A stretch of 64,000 nt of DNA from Bdellovibrionota bacterium (GTDB lineage Bacteria; Bdellovibrionota_C; UBA2361; OMII01), in the NCBI GenBank assembly GCA_040398075.1, contig JBBAUR010000003.1, positions 4,660-68,659 on the forward strand, written 5' to 3'. Made by a program: the position numbers and the translations under genes. Shown here in pieces: positions 30,746 to 40,807 of this stretch (the first letter of the stretch is position 1; every line of letters begins with the position of its first letter). The notes beneath the pieces were generated by a model. The model had not been told where the DNA came from, ran no database searches, and saw only the letters and a list, made by a program, of their open reading frames with translations.

Positions 30746-31342
30746 TTAAGGCTTCGAACGAAAGGTAGGCTCACGACCCTCAATGAGCCTGCGGATATTT
30801 TCTTCGTGTCGGGCCACTACCACCAGAGCTATCGCGGCAAACGCCACCGTGACCGCCTCTCCGAGGTTAAACAGGAAGCTTGTTATCGGTACGATCAAAG
30901 CTGCGCTCATTGAGGCCAAAGAAACTACCTTCCAGATTGCAAACACCACTCCGAAGGCGATCAGCGCAACAGCAGCGCTAGGTGGATGAAGAGCCAATAC
31001 AACTCCCAGCGCTGTAGCTACCCCCTTTCCTCCCTTGAGCCACGGAGGCACTGAGAAGCAATGCCCCAAGACGAGAGCGATTCCTGCCACCGGGGGGAAC
31101 CAACTCGCATCCGCCATAACCGATGCTAGTACTATACCGACAGTTCCTTTGAGAACATCTCCCAGCAAGGTAAGGATCCCAGCTCTCTTTCCGACTACTC
31201 GCGCTACATTCGTCGCTCCTACATTACCGCTTCCTTGCGCAGTAATATCGACTCCGTGCGACGTGGCGACGATCTTTCCGGTTGGGAATGCACCGATCAA
31301 ATAAAAGGGAACTAAACTGATGAAAGTTAGACCTAGGCTCAT
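30746..31342 (-). CDS. plsY: Glycerol-3-phosphate acyltransferase PlsY
   Basis: 'GSGNVGATNVARVVGKRAGILTLLGDVLKG' is the PlsY signature. 4-bp overlap with rpe. Confidence 0.85.
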   Translation of the reverse strand: MSLGLTFISLVPFYLIGAFPTGKIVATSHGVDITAQGSGNVGATNVARVVGKRAGILTLLGDVLKGTVGIVLASVMADASWFPPVAGIALVLGHCFSVPPWLKGGKGVATALGVVLALHPPSAAVALIAFGVVFAIWKVVSLASMSAALIVPITSFLFNLGEAVTVAFAAIALVVVARHEENIRRLIEGREPTFRSKP

Positions 31343-32004
31343 ACTCTCAAGCTTTCAATAGCCCCTTTACGGTCGGATGCGCCGAAAATATAAGAGCCGG
31401 CTACCAACACACTCGCACCTGCCGCGCGACAGGAGGCCGCCGTCTCCCGGGTAATGCCGCCATCTACTTCGATGACAGTAGCAACTCCCTGCTCATCGAT
31501 CCGTCGTTTGAGCGCTCGAATCTTCTCCACTGTGCTCGGAATAAAGGGCTGACCACCCCAGCCAGGGTTTACCGTCATCACGAGCACGAGGTCGCACACC
31601 TGGAGCACGTCGAACACCATGTCCACCGGCGTTCCGGGATTGATTGCTACCCCACTACTCATACCGAGCCGCTTGATCTCTACCAATGATCGGAACAGGT
31701 GCGGACACGTCTCTTGGTGAATAATGAGCCGATTGGCACCTGCTTCGTGGAAGGTTTTAAAATGCCGCTCTGGCTGCTCAATCATAAGGTGTACGTCGAG
31801 GAAGTTAGGTACCTGACGCCTAAGAGTACCGACGACATTGGCACCGAAGGTGATTGGAGGAACGAAGGACCCGTCCATCACATCGATGTGCAACCAATCA
31901 GCCCCAGCTCCTATTACGGACGCTATCTCCTCTCCCAGCCGAGAGATATCAGCGGCCAGGATGGAAGGTGCAACTATTATTTGTGGTGAGTACGCGGGGT
32001 TCAT
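31339..32004 (-). CDS. rpe: Ribulose-phosphate 3-epimerase
   Basis: 'APSILAADISRLGEE', 'WLHIDVMDGSFVPPITFG' and 'LDVHLMI' are RPE motifs. Confidence 0.9.
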   Translation of the reverse strand: MNPAYSPQIIVAPSILAADISRLGEEIASVIGAGADWLHIDVMDGSFVPPITFGANVVGTLRRQVPNFLDVHLMIEQPERHFKTFHEAGANRLIIHQETCPHLFRSLVEIKRLGMSSGVAINPGTPVDMVFDVLQVCDLVLVMTVNPGWGGQPFIPSTVEKIRALKRRIDEQGVATVIEVDGGITRETAASCRAAGASVLVAGSYIFGASDRKGAIESLRV

Positions 32005-32222
32005 GACAGCTAACGTCCGTAACGTAATAAATGCCTCTCATGGCTCTATCTCATAGGGTCGCGTTGAAGCAAGAGCGTTTGATCGCATAAGGAGACCCAT
32101 GTTTCTTTCGGGTGTATTTCTCCTAAACCGGCACCCAATCGTCTAAAAAAACAAACCGAGGCTCGAATTGGCCCGATCCCTGCTCTCTCCAGCTATCAAG
32201 CCCCTCAAAGGACGAGGGAACG

Positions 32223-33269
32223 ATGACACTCAAAGACATTGGTGAACGAATGGAAGCCATAAATAAAACGGAGACAAGCCCGTCTAATCAGCCAGTTGCG
32301 CCTGCGACACCGGAAGCTTCTCAAGCACCTGCCGCCGGGAAATCAAGCGAGTTCGACACAACGCTACGGTCACTCGTACGCCCAGATCAGGCAAATAAGG
32401 TCAGCGAGGAGGATCTTTTTTCCGCTCTCGTGCAGGAACGTATTAAAAAACTCAAAGGGGATGAGACCCTGAAGGAGTTTCAGGGCATGCTCCAAACGAG
32501 TCAGAATTCAATGACAAAAGCCGATGGGTTCATCCCCATGGAGGATGCAGCCAAGGCTGCTCTGATTGAACTCCGGGCAGCAGGTAAGCTCACCGAGGAA
32601 GAGGCTGATTCCATATATTCCCAAGCTTTTGCAGGAGCTCAACTCGACGAAAACGAGAACGCTCTCTTCGATTCACGGGGGGGCAAGGGAGACCCAACTA
32701 TCGCGGTGGCGACACTCGAGCAAGCATTACTTTCGAGTCGCGTAACGATAGAGGAGTATGACAAGGGCACCAAGACAGCTCCCAAGCGTAGCCTAGAGGA
32801 GGCTAGCAACGGCAAAGTCGCGACCTCGGGTGCGGTATCAGGAATGACGGGCGATGCTGGCTTTCTCTTCAAACCGGTCTCAGATAGCGACGGTAAGCTC
32901 GCCGTCCTCTTGCCACCTCGACTCACAGGCCTGGCACAAAGTGTTCGACTCTTGAGTCCCTCGGGCGAGGTGCTAGAAACCGGCCGCTACAGCGGTAACG
33001 GAAATGGCGGCCGCGAACACTTCCGTTTCACCAAACCTGGCGCCGGATATCCAGATGGATTGACGGTGGAGGTCACGTTGCAGGGTGGTTCAATCGTTCG
33101 ATACATCATCGAGGAGACATCTCAACGTAACGAGGGAGGAAGCGGCTCATCTGGGGTGAGCTCGGCCGCCTCGGGGTCTGAGAGCAACTTCTCCCCCTCA
33201 GCAGCGCCGAACGGCCCCTTGCGCCGAGGGGGTGGAAGAGGGAAAGAACCTGAGGACCTTTCCCTGTAG
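32223..33269 (+). CDS. Hypothetical protein upstream of motA (possibly flagellum-associated)
   Basis: 348 aa, low complexity and Gly/Ser-rich at the C-terminus. Same strand as motA and 90 bp upstream of it. A G7 run lies inside the CDS. Confidence 0.5.
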   Translation: MTLKDIGERMEAINKTETSPSNQPVAPATPEASQAPAAGKSSEFDTTLRSLVRPDQANKVSEEDLFSALVQERIKKLKGDETLKEFQGMLQTSQNSMTKADGFIPMEDAAKAALIELRAAGKLTEEEADSIYSQAFAGAQLDENENALFDSRGGKGDPTIAVATLEQALLSSRVTIEEYDKGTKTAPKRSLEEASNGKVATSGAVSGMTGDAGFLFKPVSDSDGKLAVLLPPRLTGLAQSVRLLSPSGEVLETGRYSGNGNGGREHFRFTKPGAGYPDGLTVEVTLQGGSIVRYIIEETSQRNEGGSGSSGVSSAASGSESNFSPSAAPNGPLRRGGGRGKEPEDLSL

Positions 33270-33358
33270 CGAACCTAAAACATTGTTAGCGCAAATAAGA
33301 TCAAGCCAGCCCTCCAAACTTCCGATCATCCAAACGGATATCTTCTGAGAGGTTCCGT

Positions 33359-34219
33359 ATGCTCGTCATCGTCGGTTGTATAGGGGTACTCGCCAGCGTT
33401 CTGATCGGCTTCATAGGGCCGGGTGGTCCCGTCTTGGTTCTCATTCAGCCCTTTGAGTTCCTCGTTATTGCAGGTGGTATCGGATTCACCGTTTTGATTG
33501 CCTCGCCGGCATCAGTGTTAAAGGGACTCCTACCGGGAATAATCGGAGCTATCAAAGGTAGCGGTATCGACAAAGGAACCTACAGCGACCTACTCGGATT
33601 GATGGCGAGTATCTTCGATACGATGCGCCGTGAAGGAGTGCTGGGGATCGAAGGGGATATATCAAATCCCCACGAAAGCGCGCGATTTAAGAGATATCCC
33701 AAGGCATCCCACGATCACCACCTCATGGAGACCTTCACCGGTGCGTTACGTTTATTCGTTGACGGTGTGGTCAATGCCTTCGACCTCGAACGGCTCCTCG
33801 ACACCGAGATCGAAACACACCACGAAGAAGCTCTCCTTCCACCCACTGCCGTAAAGGTCATGGCCGACTCGTTCCCTGCGATGGGTATCGTGGCCGCGGT
33901 GTTGGGAATCATCATCACCATGCAATATCTCGATGGACCACCGTCCGAGATCGGTCATCACGTTGCCGCCGCACTCGTAGGAACGATGTTGGGAATCCTC
34001 CTTTCGTACGGATTCGTCGGACCTCTTGCCACTAAAATGGAACACAATGTGCGGGAGCAGACTGCCATTCTCAAGTGCATTCAGGCCGGTCTCGTATCGT
34101 TCGCTGGTGGTGCGCCACCGCAGGTCGCACTCGAGTTCGCTCGAAAAACAATTCCGAGTTTTTGTCGTCCGACGTCGGAAGAGCTCGAACAGATTATCAA
34201 GGACGCCAAAAAAAGTTAG
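33359..34219 (+). CDS. motA: Flagellar motor stator protein MotA
   Basis: 286 aa, 4 TM helices, ExbB/MotA-family loop. GAGAGG RBS. Followed by motB. Confidence 0.85.
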   Translation: MLVIVGCIGVLASVLIGFIGPGGPVLVLIQPFEFLVIAGGIGFTVLIASPASVLKGLLPGIIGAIKGSGIDKGTYSDLLGLMASIFDTMRREGVLGIEGDISNPHESARFKRYPKASHDHHLMETFTGALRLFVDGVVNAFDLERLLDTEIETHHEEALLPPTAVKVMADSFPAMGIVAAVLGIIITMQYLDGPPSEIGHHVAAALVGTMLGILLSYGFVGPLATKMEHNVREQTAILKCIQAGLVSFAGGAPPQVALEFARKTIPSFCRPTSEELEQIIKDAKKS

Positions 34220-34245
34220 CACGTTGAAGGCAGCTCTCATCCACC

Positions 34246-35508
34246 ATGGCAGATGACAAGCCAATCATAGTTGTCAAAAAGAAAGGGGGACATGGTGGCC
34301 ACCACGGCGGAGCCTGGAAGATCGCGTATGCCGACTTCGTTACGGCGATGATGTGCTTTTTCATGGTAATGTGGCTCGTCAACAGTGCTTCACAAACCGT
34401 CAAAGAGAGCATATCTTCATATTTCCGAAAGCCAGGAATCTTCAATGAAGGGTCCGGCACCCCCCTGTTGCTGGGAGGTGCTGGGATTCTGAGCGATGCC
34501 TTTGTCCCGCCGCGCCCCGAAGATAAGCGAAAAGTCAAAAACCCGACCGAAGACCCTTCACGAAAAATGCACGGCGAAACCGATAGAGATCTCGACAAGC
34601 ACTATATTCAAGAAGGGCGAGAGGAACCTCAAAAACACAAGGGCCCCGATACATTTACAGGTCTCAATTCCGATAAAAAGGAGATTCGTGACAGCAAGCG
34701 GGAAATCAAGGTCAAAGCGATGGCTGATGCGGCCCAAAAGCAGCTACAACAAATGCTCAATAGCTCTCCGAGTACCGCGCGCCTTCTCGGACAGCTCGAC
34801 ATGAAGGTCGAAGCAGATGGACTCAAGATCGAGATCATGGATACGGACAAGGTATCGATGTTCGACAGCGGCAGTGCTCGCATTCGAAAGGAGGCTGAAG
34901 AGGCATTCGGCAAAGTTACTGAAATCATCAAACAGTATCCGAATACTCTCGAAGTGTGGGGTCATACCGATGCAAAGCCTTTCCCGAGTCGTACCGGAGG
35001 CTATACCAACTGGGAGTTGTCAGCTGATCGTGCAAACGCTGCTCGTCGATTGATCGAAATGAAAGGGTATCCGAGCCCTCAAATAGCAAGCGTAATCGGC
35101 AAGGCAGCAACAGAACCAAAGATTGCTTCTGACCCAATTGCTCCCTCTAACCGTCGAATCACCCTCAAAGTTCGCTTTGATGTCAACAAAGAGAAAACAG
35201 AGGCTCAGAAGAAGGACGAATCCATAAAAGCGCTGGAGAACCACCTACTAGGGCTTCAGCCTGCACGAACTCCTCTCCCAGGTGAGCCCACACCGACGCC
35301 GATGCCAACGCCGACGCCTACGCCCACTGCCACACCGACGCCGCAGCCGACGAACGAGTCGAGACGCATTACCGCGCGACAACCCTCGGACCGCATACGA
35401 TTACCTGATGGAACTCCAATAACCACCAACCCAGATTTCATGCCCGAAGACAAAATCTTCAACGACAATCCCGTCATCAGGCCGAGCGAGTTATACTCCG
35501 GAAGATAA
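34246..35508 (+). CDS. motB: Flagellar motor stator protein MotB (OmpA-like C-domain, Pro/Thr-rich tail)
   Basis: N-terminal TM with the plug region 'YADFVTAMMCFFMVMW', an OmpA-like domain 'WGHTDAKPF...WELSADRANAARR', and a C-terminal 'PTPTPMPTPTPTPTATPTPQPT' repeat. Confidence 0.85.
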   Translation: MADDKPIIVVKKKGGHGGHHGGAWKIAYADFVTAMMCFFMVMWLVNSASQTVKESISSYFRKPGIFNEGSGTPLLLGGAGILSDAFVPPRPEDKRKVKNPTEDPSRKMHGETDRDLDKHYIQEGREEPQKHKGPDTFTGLNSDKKEIRDSKREIKVKAMADAAQKQLQQMLNSSPSTARLLGQLDMKVEADGLKIEIMDTDKVSMFDSGSARIRKEAEEAFGKVTEIIKQYPNTLEVWGHTDAKPFPSRTGGYTNWELSADRANAARRLIEMKGYPSPQIASVIGKAATEPKIASDPIAPSNRRITLKVRFDVNKEKTEAQKKDESIKALENHLLGLQPARTPLPGEPTPTPMPTPTPTPTATPTPQPTNESRRITARQPSDRIRLPDGTPITTNPDFMPEDKIFNDNPVIRPSELYSGR

Positions 35509-35510
35509 GA

Positions 35511-35954
35511 ATGACAGGAGACGTAGCCCATAAGTATCGCAGCAACCTGAGTATTCTAGTGGCAGACGACCATTCCTTGACTCGGTCCATGGTCAAAGCC
35601 ATTTTGAGAGGCGTCGGCTTCGAACATATTACCCAGGCTGAAGATGGTCTCCAAGCGGTGCAGCAGATAGCAACCGGCACTATAGATGTAGTTATCTGCG
35701 ACTGGAATATGCCAAAGGCGACCGGTCTCGAGGTTCTACGCACCATTCGCTCCGATGCGCGCTTTCAGGAGCTACCTTTCTTGATGCTGACTGCCGAGGC
35801 GTATCGAGAAAACATCATCGCTGCATCTCACGCGGGTGTCAGCACGTATGTCATCAAGCCCTTCACAGCAGATGTCTTACTGAGCAAGCTCGAAGAGGTT
35901 TTGAAACCGTTATCTCGCTCTGCGAACTCGATTCAAAAGCCTACTCGTCGATGA
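35511..35954 (+). CDS. CheY-like single-domain response regulator
   Basis: 'ILVADDHSLTRSMVK', 'VICDWNMP' and 'LTAEA...YVIKPF' (receiver-domain Asp/Thr/Lys positions). Confidence 0.8.
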   Translation: MTGDVAHKYRSNLSILVADDHSLTRSMVKAILRGVGFEHITQAEDGLQAVQQIATGTIDVVICDWNMPKATGLEVLRTIRSDARFQELPFLMLTAEAYRENIIAASHAGVSTYVIKPFTADVLLSKLEEVLKPLSRSANSIQKPTRR

Positions 35955-36000
35955 TATCTCCCTTGAGTATCGTAACTTTGTCTCTCGACCACCACTGAAA

Positions 36001-37179
36001 TTAGCCTACCTTCTTCGAGAAGAGATAGTACAACTCTCCCTCCCCATGTACGTGATTCGCACGCTCTCTTGCCCGATCTCCCGTGCCCATGAAGACATCG
36101 ACTCTTCCTGGGCCACGAATTGCGCTACCCGAATCAAGATTGAGGACGAAGCGACTCGAGCGCACTAATTGGATCTTTCCCTTTTTATCCGACCGAGGTA
36201 GTGCGGTCCGAATTATACTTACTGCTCCAGGAGGCAACCGCCCCTGATCAATCGCTATCGACCGTTCCTCCACAACAGGTAGCCCGAGGCTCCCAATAGG
36301 CGAAGAGCTCTCCTGTTCCTTGAAAAATACGAAGCGGTTGTTCTGTGACAAGAGTCGGTCTAACTCGTCTGGACGTTTCTGGAAAAACTGCGGCAGCTTA
36401 CTCCATGCCACCTTCTTTTCTCGTAGATACTCCACAGGAATCCCTTTGAATGGGTGGTCTGTCGCTCCTGCAAAACCGATAGCTCGCTTGGAACCATCGG
36501 GGAATTCGAGTATCGCACTTCCCTGTACCTGAATCATGAAGGCTTCGAAACGAGACCTCAACCATACCAATTCAGATCCGTGAAGAAGTGTGTCTTGATT
36601 ACCAAGTCCGTCGAATCCCTCCAATTTGACACGAGTAGGGTGTGGCTTTGACCACGACTCCAACCCCGCTGGGCGCTGGAAGAGCGGATAACGATACACC
36701 TTGGTTCGTACGCGACTCGCCTGATACACCGGCCTGAAATACCCCGTGAAGAACACGCTCCCACGACCGTCAGAACCCACGGAGCGATACAGATCGAAGG
36801 AGTTTCGAATACTCTGCACGAGCTGTCTGTGCGAGGTGCTCGAGCGCAGAAGATCTGCAAATCTGCTCAAACTCCGGTCGAGTGTCTCCGCATTGATCCC
36901 CTTGTCTCCGAATGTCTCTAATTTGATACGCGCAGCTTCAGTTTTGAGATACTCGCGTGTTTGCTGGATAGAGGTAAGAAGATTTTCACGATGAGCGAAC
37001 AGGAAAGGGTCTACCACCAAATGATCGCCGACCTCATCGAAAGGAACCTGCTCTAAGGCAGTCTCTCTGTCTTGTGCCAAAGAGAGCACTGGTGATTGCA
37101 GAAAGACCCATACCGCCATGAGTAACCAGCTGAGTGTCCAACAACTAGCTTGTTTATCGTAGTGCCGAGGATACCGCAT
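36001..37179 (-). CDS. mltA: Membrane-bound lytic murein transglycosylase A (MltA)
   Basis: 'FFTGYFRPVYQASRVRT', 'FAGATDHPF', and a 3D domain at the C-terminus, as in MltA. Confidence 0.8.
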   Translation of the reverse strand: MRYPRHYDKQASCWTLSWLLMAVWVFLQSPVLSLAQDRETALEQVPFDEVGDHLVVDPFLFAHRENLLTSIQQTREYLKTEAARIKLETFGDKGINAETLDRSLSRFADLLRSSTSHRQLVQSIRNSFDLYRSVGSDGRGSVFFTGYFRPVYQASRVRTKVYRYPLFQRPAGLESWSKPHPTRVKLEGFDGLGNQDTLLHGSELVWLRSRFEAFMIQVQGSAILEFPDGSKRAIGFAGATDHPFKGIPVEYLREKKVAWSKLPQFFQKRPDELDRLLSQNNRFVFFKEQESSSPIGSLGLPVVEERSIAIDQGRLPPGAVSIIRTALPRSDKKGKIQLVRSSRFVLNLDSGSAIRGPGRVDVFMGTGDRARERANHVHGEGELYYLFSKKVG

Positions 37180-37414
37180 ATCGAGTTCATATTACGAAGG
37201 TGATCCTAGCGATACAAGGTGCAGATACCGGAAAGAGTTTGGGCTCGTCGGGTTTTGGACTGGACAACATGGGGCCCAAGAAGGGAGCTACGTCCTCTCA
37301 AAGCCGTTACCATCCACTCGAGTCCACGGTGAGCCAAAGTTGATTCATCTGTGTGTAGCTTACTTTTGCCCCGCCTCGCTAGCGAAAACCGCTCGAATAT
37401 GACACCATTTCGAT

Positions 37415-37807
37415 ATGAGTTACACGAGAACAATCGCCGCCTTTTTCATGGCTATCGGTGTTGGCTGCGGAGCGTTCGGGGCCCACGCTTTGCGAGGTAG
37501 CTTACCACTAGAGCGTCTATCGCAGGATCTCGCCATATGGGAGACGGCAGTGCAGTACAATTTCATCCATGCTTTTGCTGCACTTTTTTTTGCTTCGCTC
37601 GACAGCAAATGGCTTCCCGCTTCAGGCAGGAAGGTCGTAGCTGTAATTATGCTCGTGTCAGTCGTCGTATTTTCTGGCTCTCTGTACCTGCTGGTCCTCA
37701 CAAATCAGAGGTGGCTCGGTGCAATAACACCGATCGGCGGAACTGGATTCATTTTTGGATGGTGCTATGCAGCCCTGAAGCTCCTGAAAGGCTCGCCGGA
37801 ACATTGA
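37415..37807 (+). CDS. DUF423-family small membrane protein
   Basis: 'MAIGVGCGAFGAHALRG...ETAVQYNFIHAFAALF' is the DUF423 (YgdD-like) signature. Confidence 0.75.
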   Translation: MSYTRTIAAFFMAIGVGCGAFGAHALRGSLPLERLSQDLAIWETAVQYNFIHAFAALFFASLDSKWLPASGRKVVAVIMLVSVVVFSGSLYLLVLTNQRWLGAITPIGGTGFIFGWCYAALKLLKGSPEH

Positions 37808-37831
37808 CACCTCTGCCAGCACGTCGCGAAA

Positions 37832-38980
37832 CTACGCCTTTTCAGCAGATTGTTTCACCAAATCTCCACTCGTCCAGATAGCGCGGCCGAAGATGTACGT
37901 GCACACAGGCAGGCCGAGCACGAGTCCCCAAACACCAAAAAGCTTCCCACCTAAAGTCAAAATAATAAGCACCAATACCGGATTAACTCTCAGGGCATGG
38001 CCATATATCTTCGGATTCAAGATATACGCCTCGATCAAGTGAATTATCCAGATTAAGAGCACCGCACCAAACATGAGACCTATCCCGCTCTTTTGAAAGG
38101 CTAGAAGACAGATGGGAACGGAGCTGATGAAAACGCCCGCGACCGGAATAAAACTACAGAAAAACACGACAACCGAGAGAAATGCCGCACTTTTTCCGAT
38201 ACCTAGGATGGTCATTCCAAGAGCCGTCAGCGTCGTATTCAAAATCGCGATGTAGAACTGCGCAGAGAGCGCTCGTCCGAGAACTCTCGCAAACTCTGCG
38301 ATGCTGTGTCCTACCTCTTCGTAAATGAATGCTACTCGCGATTCCTTGAGCCTCCGTACACCTCGAGTGAGTTCCGGTAGATCGAGTACTATCAAGAACG
38401 AGAAAAGGATGGACAGAAGAAAGCTCGAGCCAAGCGCCAAGCCGTGTCCCGTGACTGCCCGCAGACGCTCAATTAATTCCTTCGTACCGATTGTGTCGTT
38501 GTCGCTCGAGGCAAAACCCATGAGGCTCTCGATTATTTGAGCCGATTGACTCCGCTTTACATCCCAGCCTAGGGGTATACCCTGCTCATTTCTCGGTAAA
38601 GGAGGAATTATCTGGCCGAGAAGGGGGGACCTGTCACGAAATTCGTATAATGCATCATCGAGTTGTCGGAGCGCTTGCGGCAGAGACTGGACGAGTGCTG
38701 ACGACTGATCGCGGACGTGCGGGGTGAGGAAGCTGATAACCCCTACTACGAGACCCAGAAACATTACTCCCACAAACACTACTCTCAAGGTCCTTGATTG
38801 GATGTTCGCCGAGAGCTTCTCAACTACATGGGCTTGAATATAGGCAAAAACGAAGGTCAAAAAGATGAGCAGCGAAAAGGAACGTAAGGTCCACAGCACC
38901 CCAAATAGGCCTACCCATACGAGTACCCGTACGGAGAATGTTTTGATTCGGTCAAGCGCCTGATTTTGTGCGTTGTTCAT
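37832..38980 (-). CDS. AI-2E family transporter (PerM/YhhT-like)
   Basis: 382 aa, 7-8 TM helices, AI-2E-type topology and motifs. Confidence 0.75.
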   Translation of the reverse strand: MNNAQNQALDRIKTFSVRVLVWVGLFGVLWTLRSFSLLIFLTFVFAYIQAHVVEKLSANIQSRTLRVVFVGVMFLGLVVGVISFLTPHVRDQSSALVQSLPQALRQLDDALYEFRDRSPLLGQIIPPLPRNEQGIPLGWDVKRSQSAQIIESLMGFASSDNDTIGTKELIERLRAVTGHGLALGSSFLLSILFSFLIVLDLPELTRGVRRLKESRVAFIYEEVGHSIAEFARVLGRALSAQFYIAILNTTLTALGMTILGIGKSAAFLSVVVFFCSFIPVAGVFISSVPICLLAFQKSGIGLMFGAVLLIWIIHLIEAYILNPKIYGHALRVNPVLVLIILTLGGKLFGVWGLVLGLPVCTYIFGRAIWTSGDLVKQSAEKA

Positions 38981-39396
38981 TTATACCGTCAGGTAGATCA
39001 GAAATGTGCAGGTTTAGTGAACCCTTAGCCTATCCTCTTCGGCCGTTCGGGAAAAGAGCCTGGAGTGACGTGCGGTTAAGACGGGCTCAAAATAGGTACA
39101 ATAGGGGGTAGAATCGGCTTTCATCCCTCTGTTCATGTAGCTACAATCCCAGTCTACCTCGCCCTGTTCCTACCTCGTGTCAGGCACTCTGAGATGGGGG
39201 CACTAGGTCGCTAGTCGAAACCGGCCCCCGCTTGGTGGTAGACTTTACGCTGCTCTTTCTCAATAGATTAAGTCTTGCGTCACAGGCGCTCGACGGACTT
39301 CTACCGACACGCGCACCATCATCATGCGGCACAGCACAGGCTGTTCGGCCTGATGATGGCAGAGAGATCAAAAGGTTTTACTGGCTTCGACAAAGC

Positions 39397-39446
39397 GCAA
39401 GCATCGCCTACGCGGGCCCCTATAAGCTCTTGTAGGCGATGCTTGC
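39397..39446. promoter_or_regulatory. 15-bp perfect palindromic half-sites (gcaagcatcgcctac-N20-gtaggcgatgcttgc) upstream of spoVG-like; third half-site at 39476..39485
   Basis: Exact inverted repeat, plus an extra 'aagcatcgcc' copy 25 bp before the start codon. Operator-like. Confidence 0.35.
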
Positions 39447-39511
39447 TTGACTCGTGTCAGGCCTTCCATTTTAGGAAGCATCGCCGTTCCACACCTGGAG
39501 GTGAGTACAGC

Positions 39512-39904
39512 ATGAGAATAACCGAGATAAGGATGGCTCTAGCCGACCCTAACGAAGAAAAAGGTGGGCCGCTGGCGTATTGTTCTGTGACCTTTGATGA
39601 TGCTCTCGTCGTCCACGACATCAAAATCATCAATACTCCGAGAGGGCCAATGATTGCGATGCCGTCTCGTAAGATGCAGGGTCGCTGCTCCAAATGTTCT
39701 ACCAAGAACCATCTGCGAGCACGTTTCTGCAATCAGTGCGGGCAGGAACTACGATTGATAAGCACGGAGGCGGATGGGCAGGGGTCTCCCCTGCTGTACG
39801 CCGATGTCGTCCATCCTGTAACGGTGGAGACGCGTGCGTTCATATCTTCAGAGATCCTCAAGAAATACGAGGAGACCAAAGCTAATCTCACTCGGCCGCG
39901 GTGA
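39512..39904 (+). CDS. spoVG: SpoVG-family protein with an inserted CxxC-X12-CxxC zinc-ribbon
   Basis: 'MRITEIRMAL...VVHDIKIINTPRGPMIAMPSRK' aligns to the SpoVG N-terminal core. 'CSKCSTKNHLRARFCNQCGQ' is inserted before the conserved C-terminal 'VHPVTVETRAFISSEIL'. RBS GGAGGTGAG-N7-ATG. The long ORF-track extension from 39275 is rejected. Confidence 0.7.
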   Translation: MRITEIRMALADPNEEKGGPLAYCSVTFDDALVVHDIKIINTPRGPMIAMPSRKMQGRCSKCSTKNHLRARFCNQCGQELRLISTEADGQGSPLLYADVVHPVTVETRAFISSEILKKYEETKANLTRPR

Positions 39905-40085
39905 ATACGAACATCTGCTCCTAAGACGTTTTTTGCTGACGATGGCGCACGGATAGTTCCTCGTCTTGCACAAGGGAAGGGTCTCTCGCCATCGTTTTAT
40001 TTTAAATCTACAACTCCACATGATAGTTGACGAAAGTTGAAACTCTCGGCGTCCTAGCCTCATCTCAAGGGATCTAGGGATCTTT

Positions 40086-40688
40086 ATGGGACACGCTTTC
40101 ATCTCAAGAGCTTTCTTGGCTGCAACCACGTGGTCATTGGTCACTTTGGGAACTGCATGTGGAGGAGGTGGCGGTGGCGGCGGGCCGCGATCATCGAACG
40201 AGCCTGGCGATATCTCGTTATGGCTCGAAAAAGGCGCTGTGGATTCGGGCGACCTATGCCGAGCAAGGGTTGAGGTCTACAACCCCAATCCTGACGGAAT
40301 AATCCTCAAGATTCGCTTTCCTACCACCATCCGCTATTCTAAGAACAGCGCAGTGCTTTTTCCGAACGAGCAGGACGAGCGCCCTATTCTCCCCTCCTTT
40401 GAATCAGTTTACGAAGGTTTCCGCTACCTCGTTTTCTTTCTATCCGAGGAACAAATAAGGTATGGAGACTATTCAGCCATAGAGCTCAATCTTAAAGCGT
40501 CACAGGCAGATCCTGACGCCCTCGTTTCAGTTGACATCGATAACAACGACCTCAACATACCAGACAATCGAGAGTTCAACGACAAGCATCCTCGATTCTA
40601 CTCTGTCGAGGAATTGGAGCTCGAAATTCGAGGGGAAGGCGGCCCCCCCGTGACACCATCTCCTACGCCAACGAAGAAGGCCGGATGA
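40086..40688 (+). CDS. Hypothetical lipoprotein with poly-Gly linker
   Basis: 'LVTLGTACGGGGGGGGP' looks like a signal plus lipobox-like Cys followed by G8. Acidic C-terminal region. C7 run inside the CDS. Confidence 0.45.
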   Translation: MGHAFISRAFLAATTWSLVTLGTACGGGGGGGGPRSSNEPGDISLWLEKGAVDSGDLCRARVEVYNPNPDGIILKIRFPTTIRYSKNSAVLFPNEQDERPILPSFESVYEGFRYLVFFLSEEQIRYGDYSAIELNLKASQADPDALVSVDIDNNDLNIPDNREFNDKHPRFYSVEELELEIRGEGGPPVTPSPTPTKKAG

Positions 40689-40756
40689 CGCAAGCAGGGC
40701 GTTCTTCGCCTTGAATCTCCTCATAAAGGTTGAGCTATTGGCGCAATCCGGTAAAC

Positions 40757-40784
40757 TTGACCACTGAAATCGCGCATGTTTAAC
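40757..40784 (+). promoter_or_regulatory. Candidate sigma70-type promoter for dam (TTGACC-N16-TTTAAC)
   Basis: Hexamers read directly; about 25 bp upstream of the dam start. Confidence 0.3.
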
Positions 40785-40807
40785 AGTTGCCAGGATGGAG
40801 CGCCCGA

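Noticed and set aside
39275-39511. Long N-terminal extension of the spoVG ORF (His/Arg-rich)
   Set aside because: It contains the palindromic operator and has no RBS. An internal ATG at 39512 with a strong RBS matches the SpoVG N-terminus.
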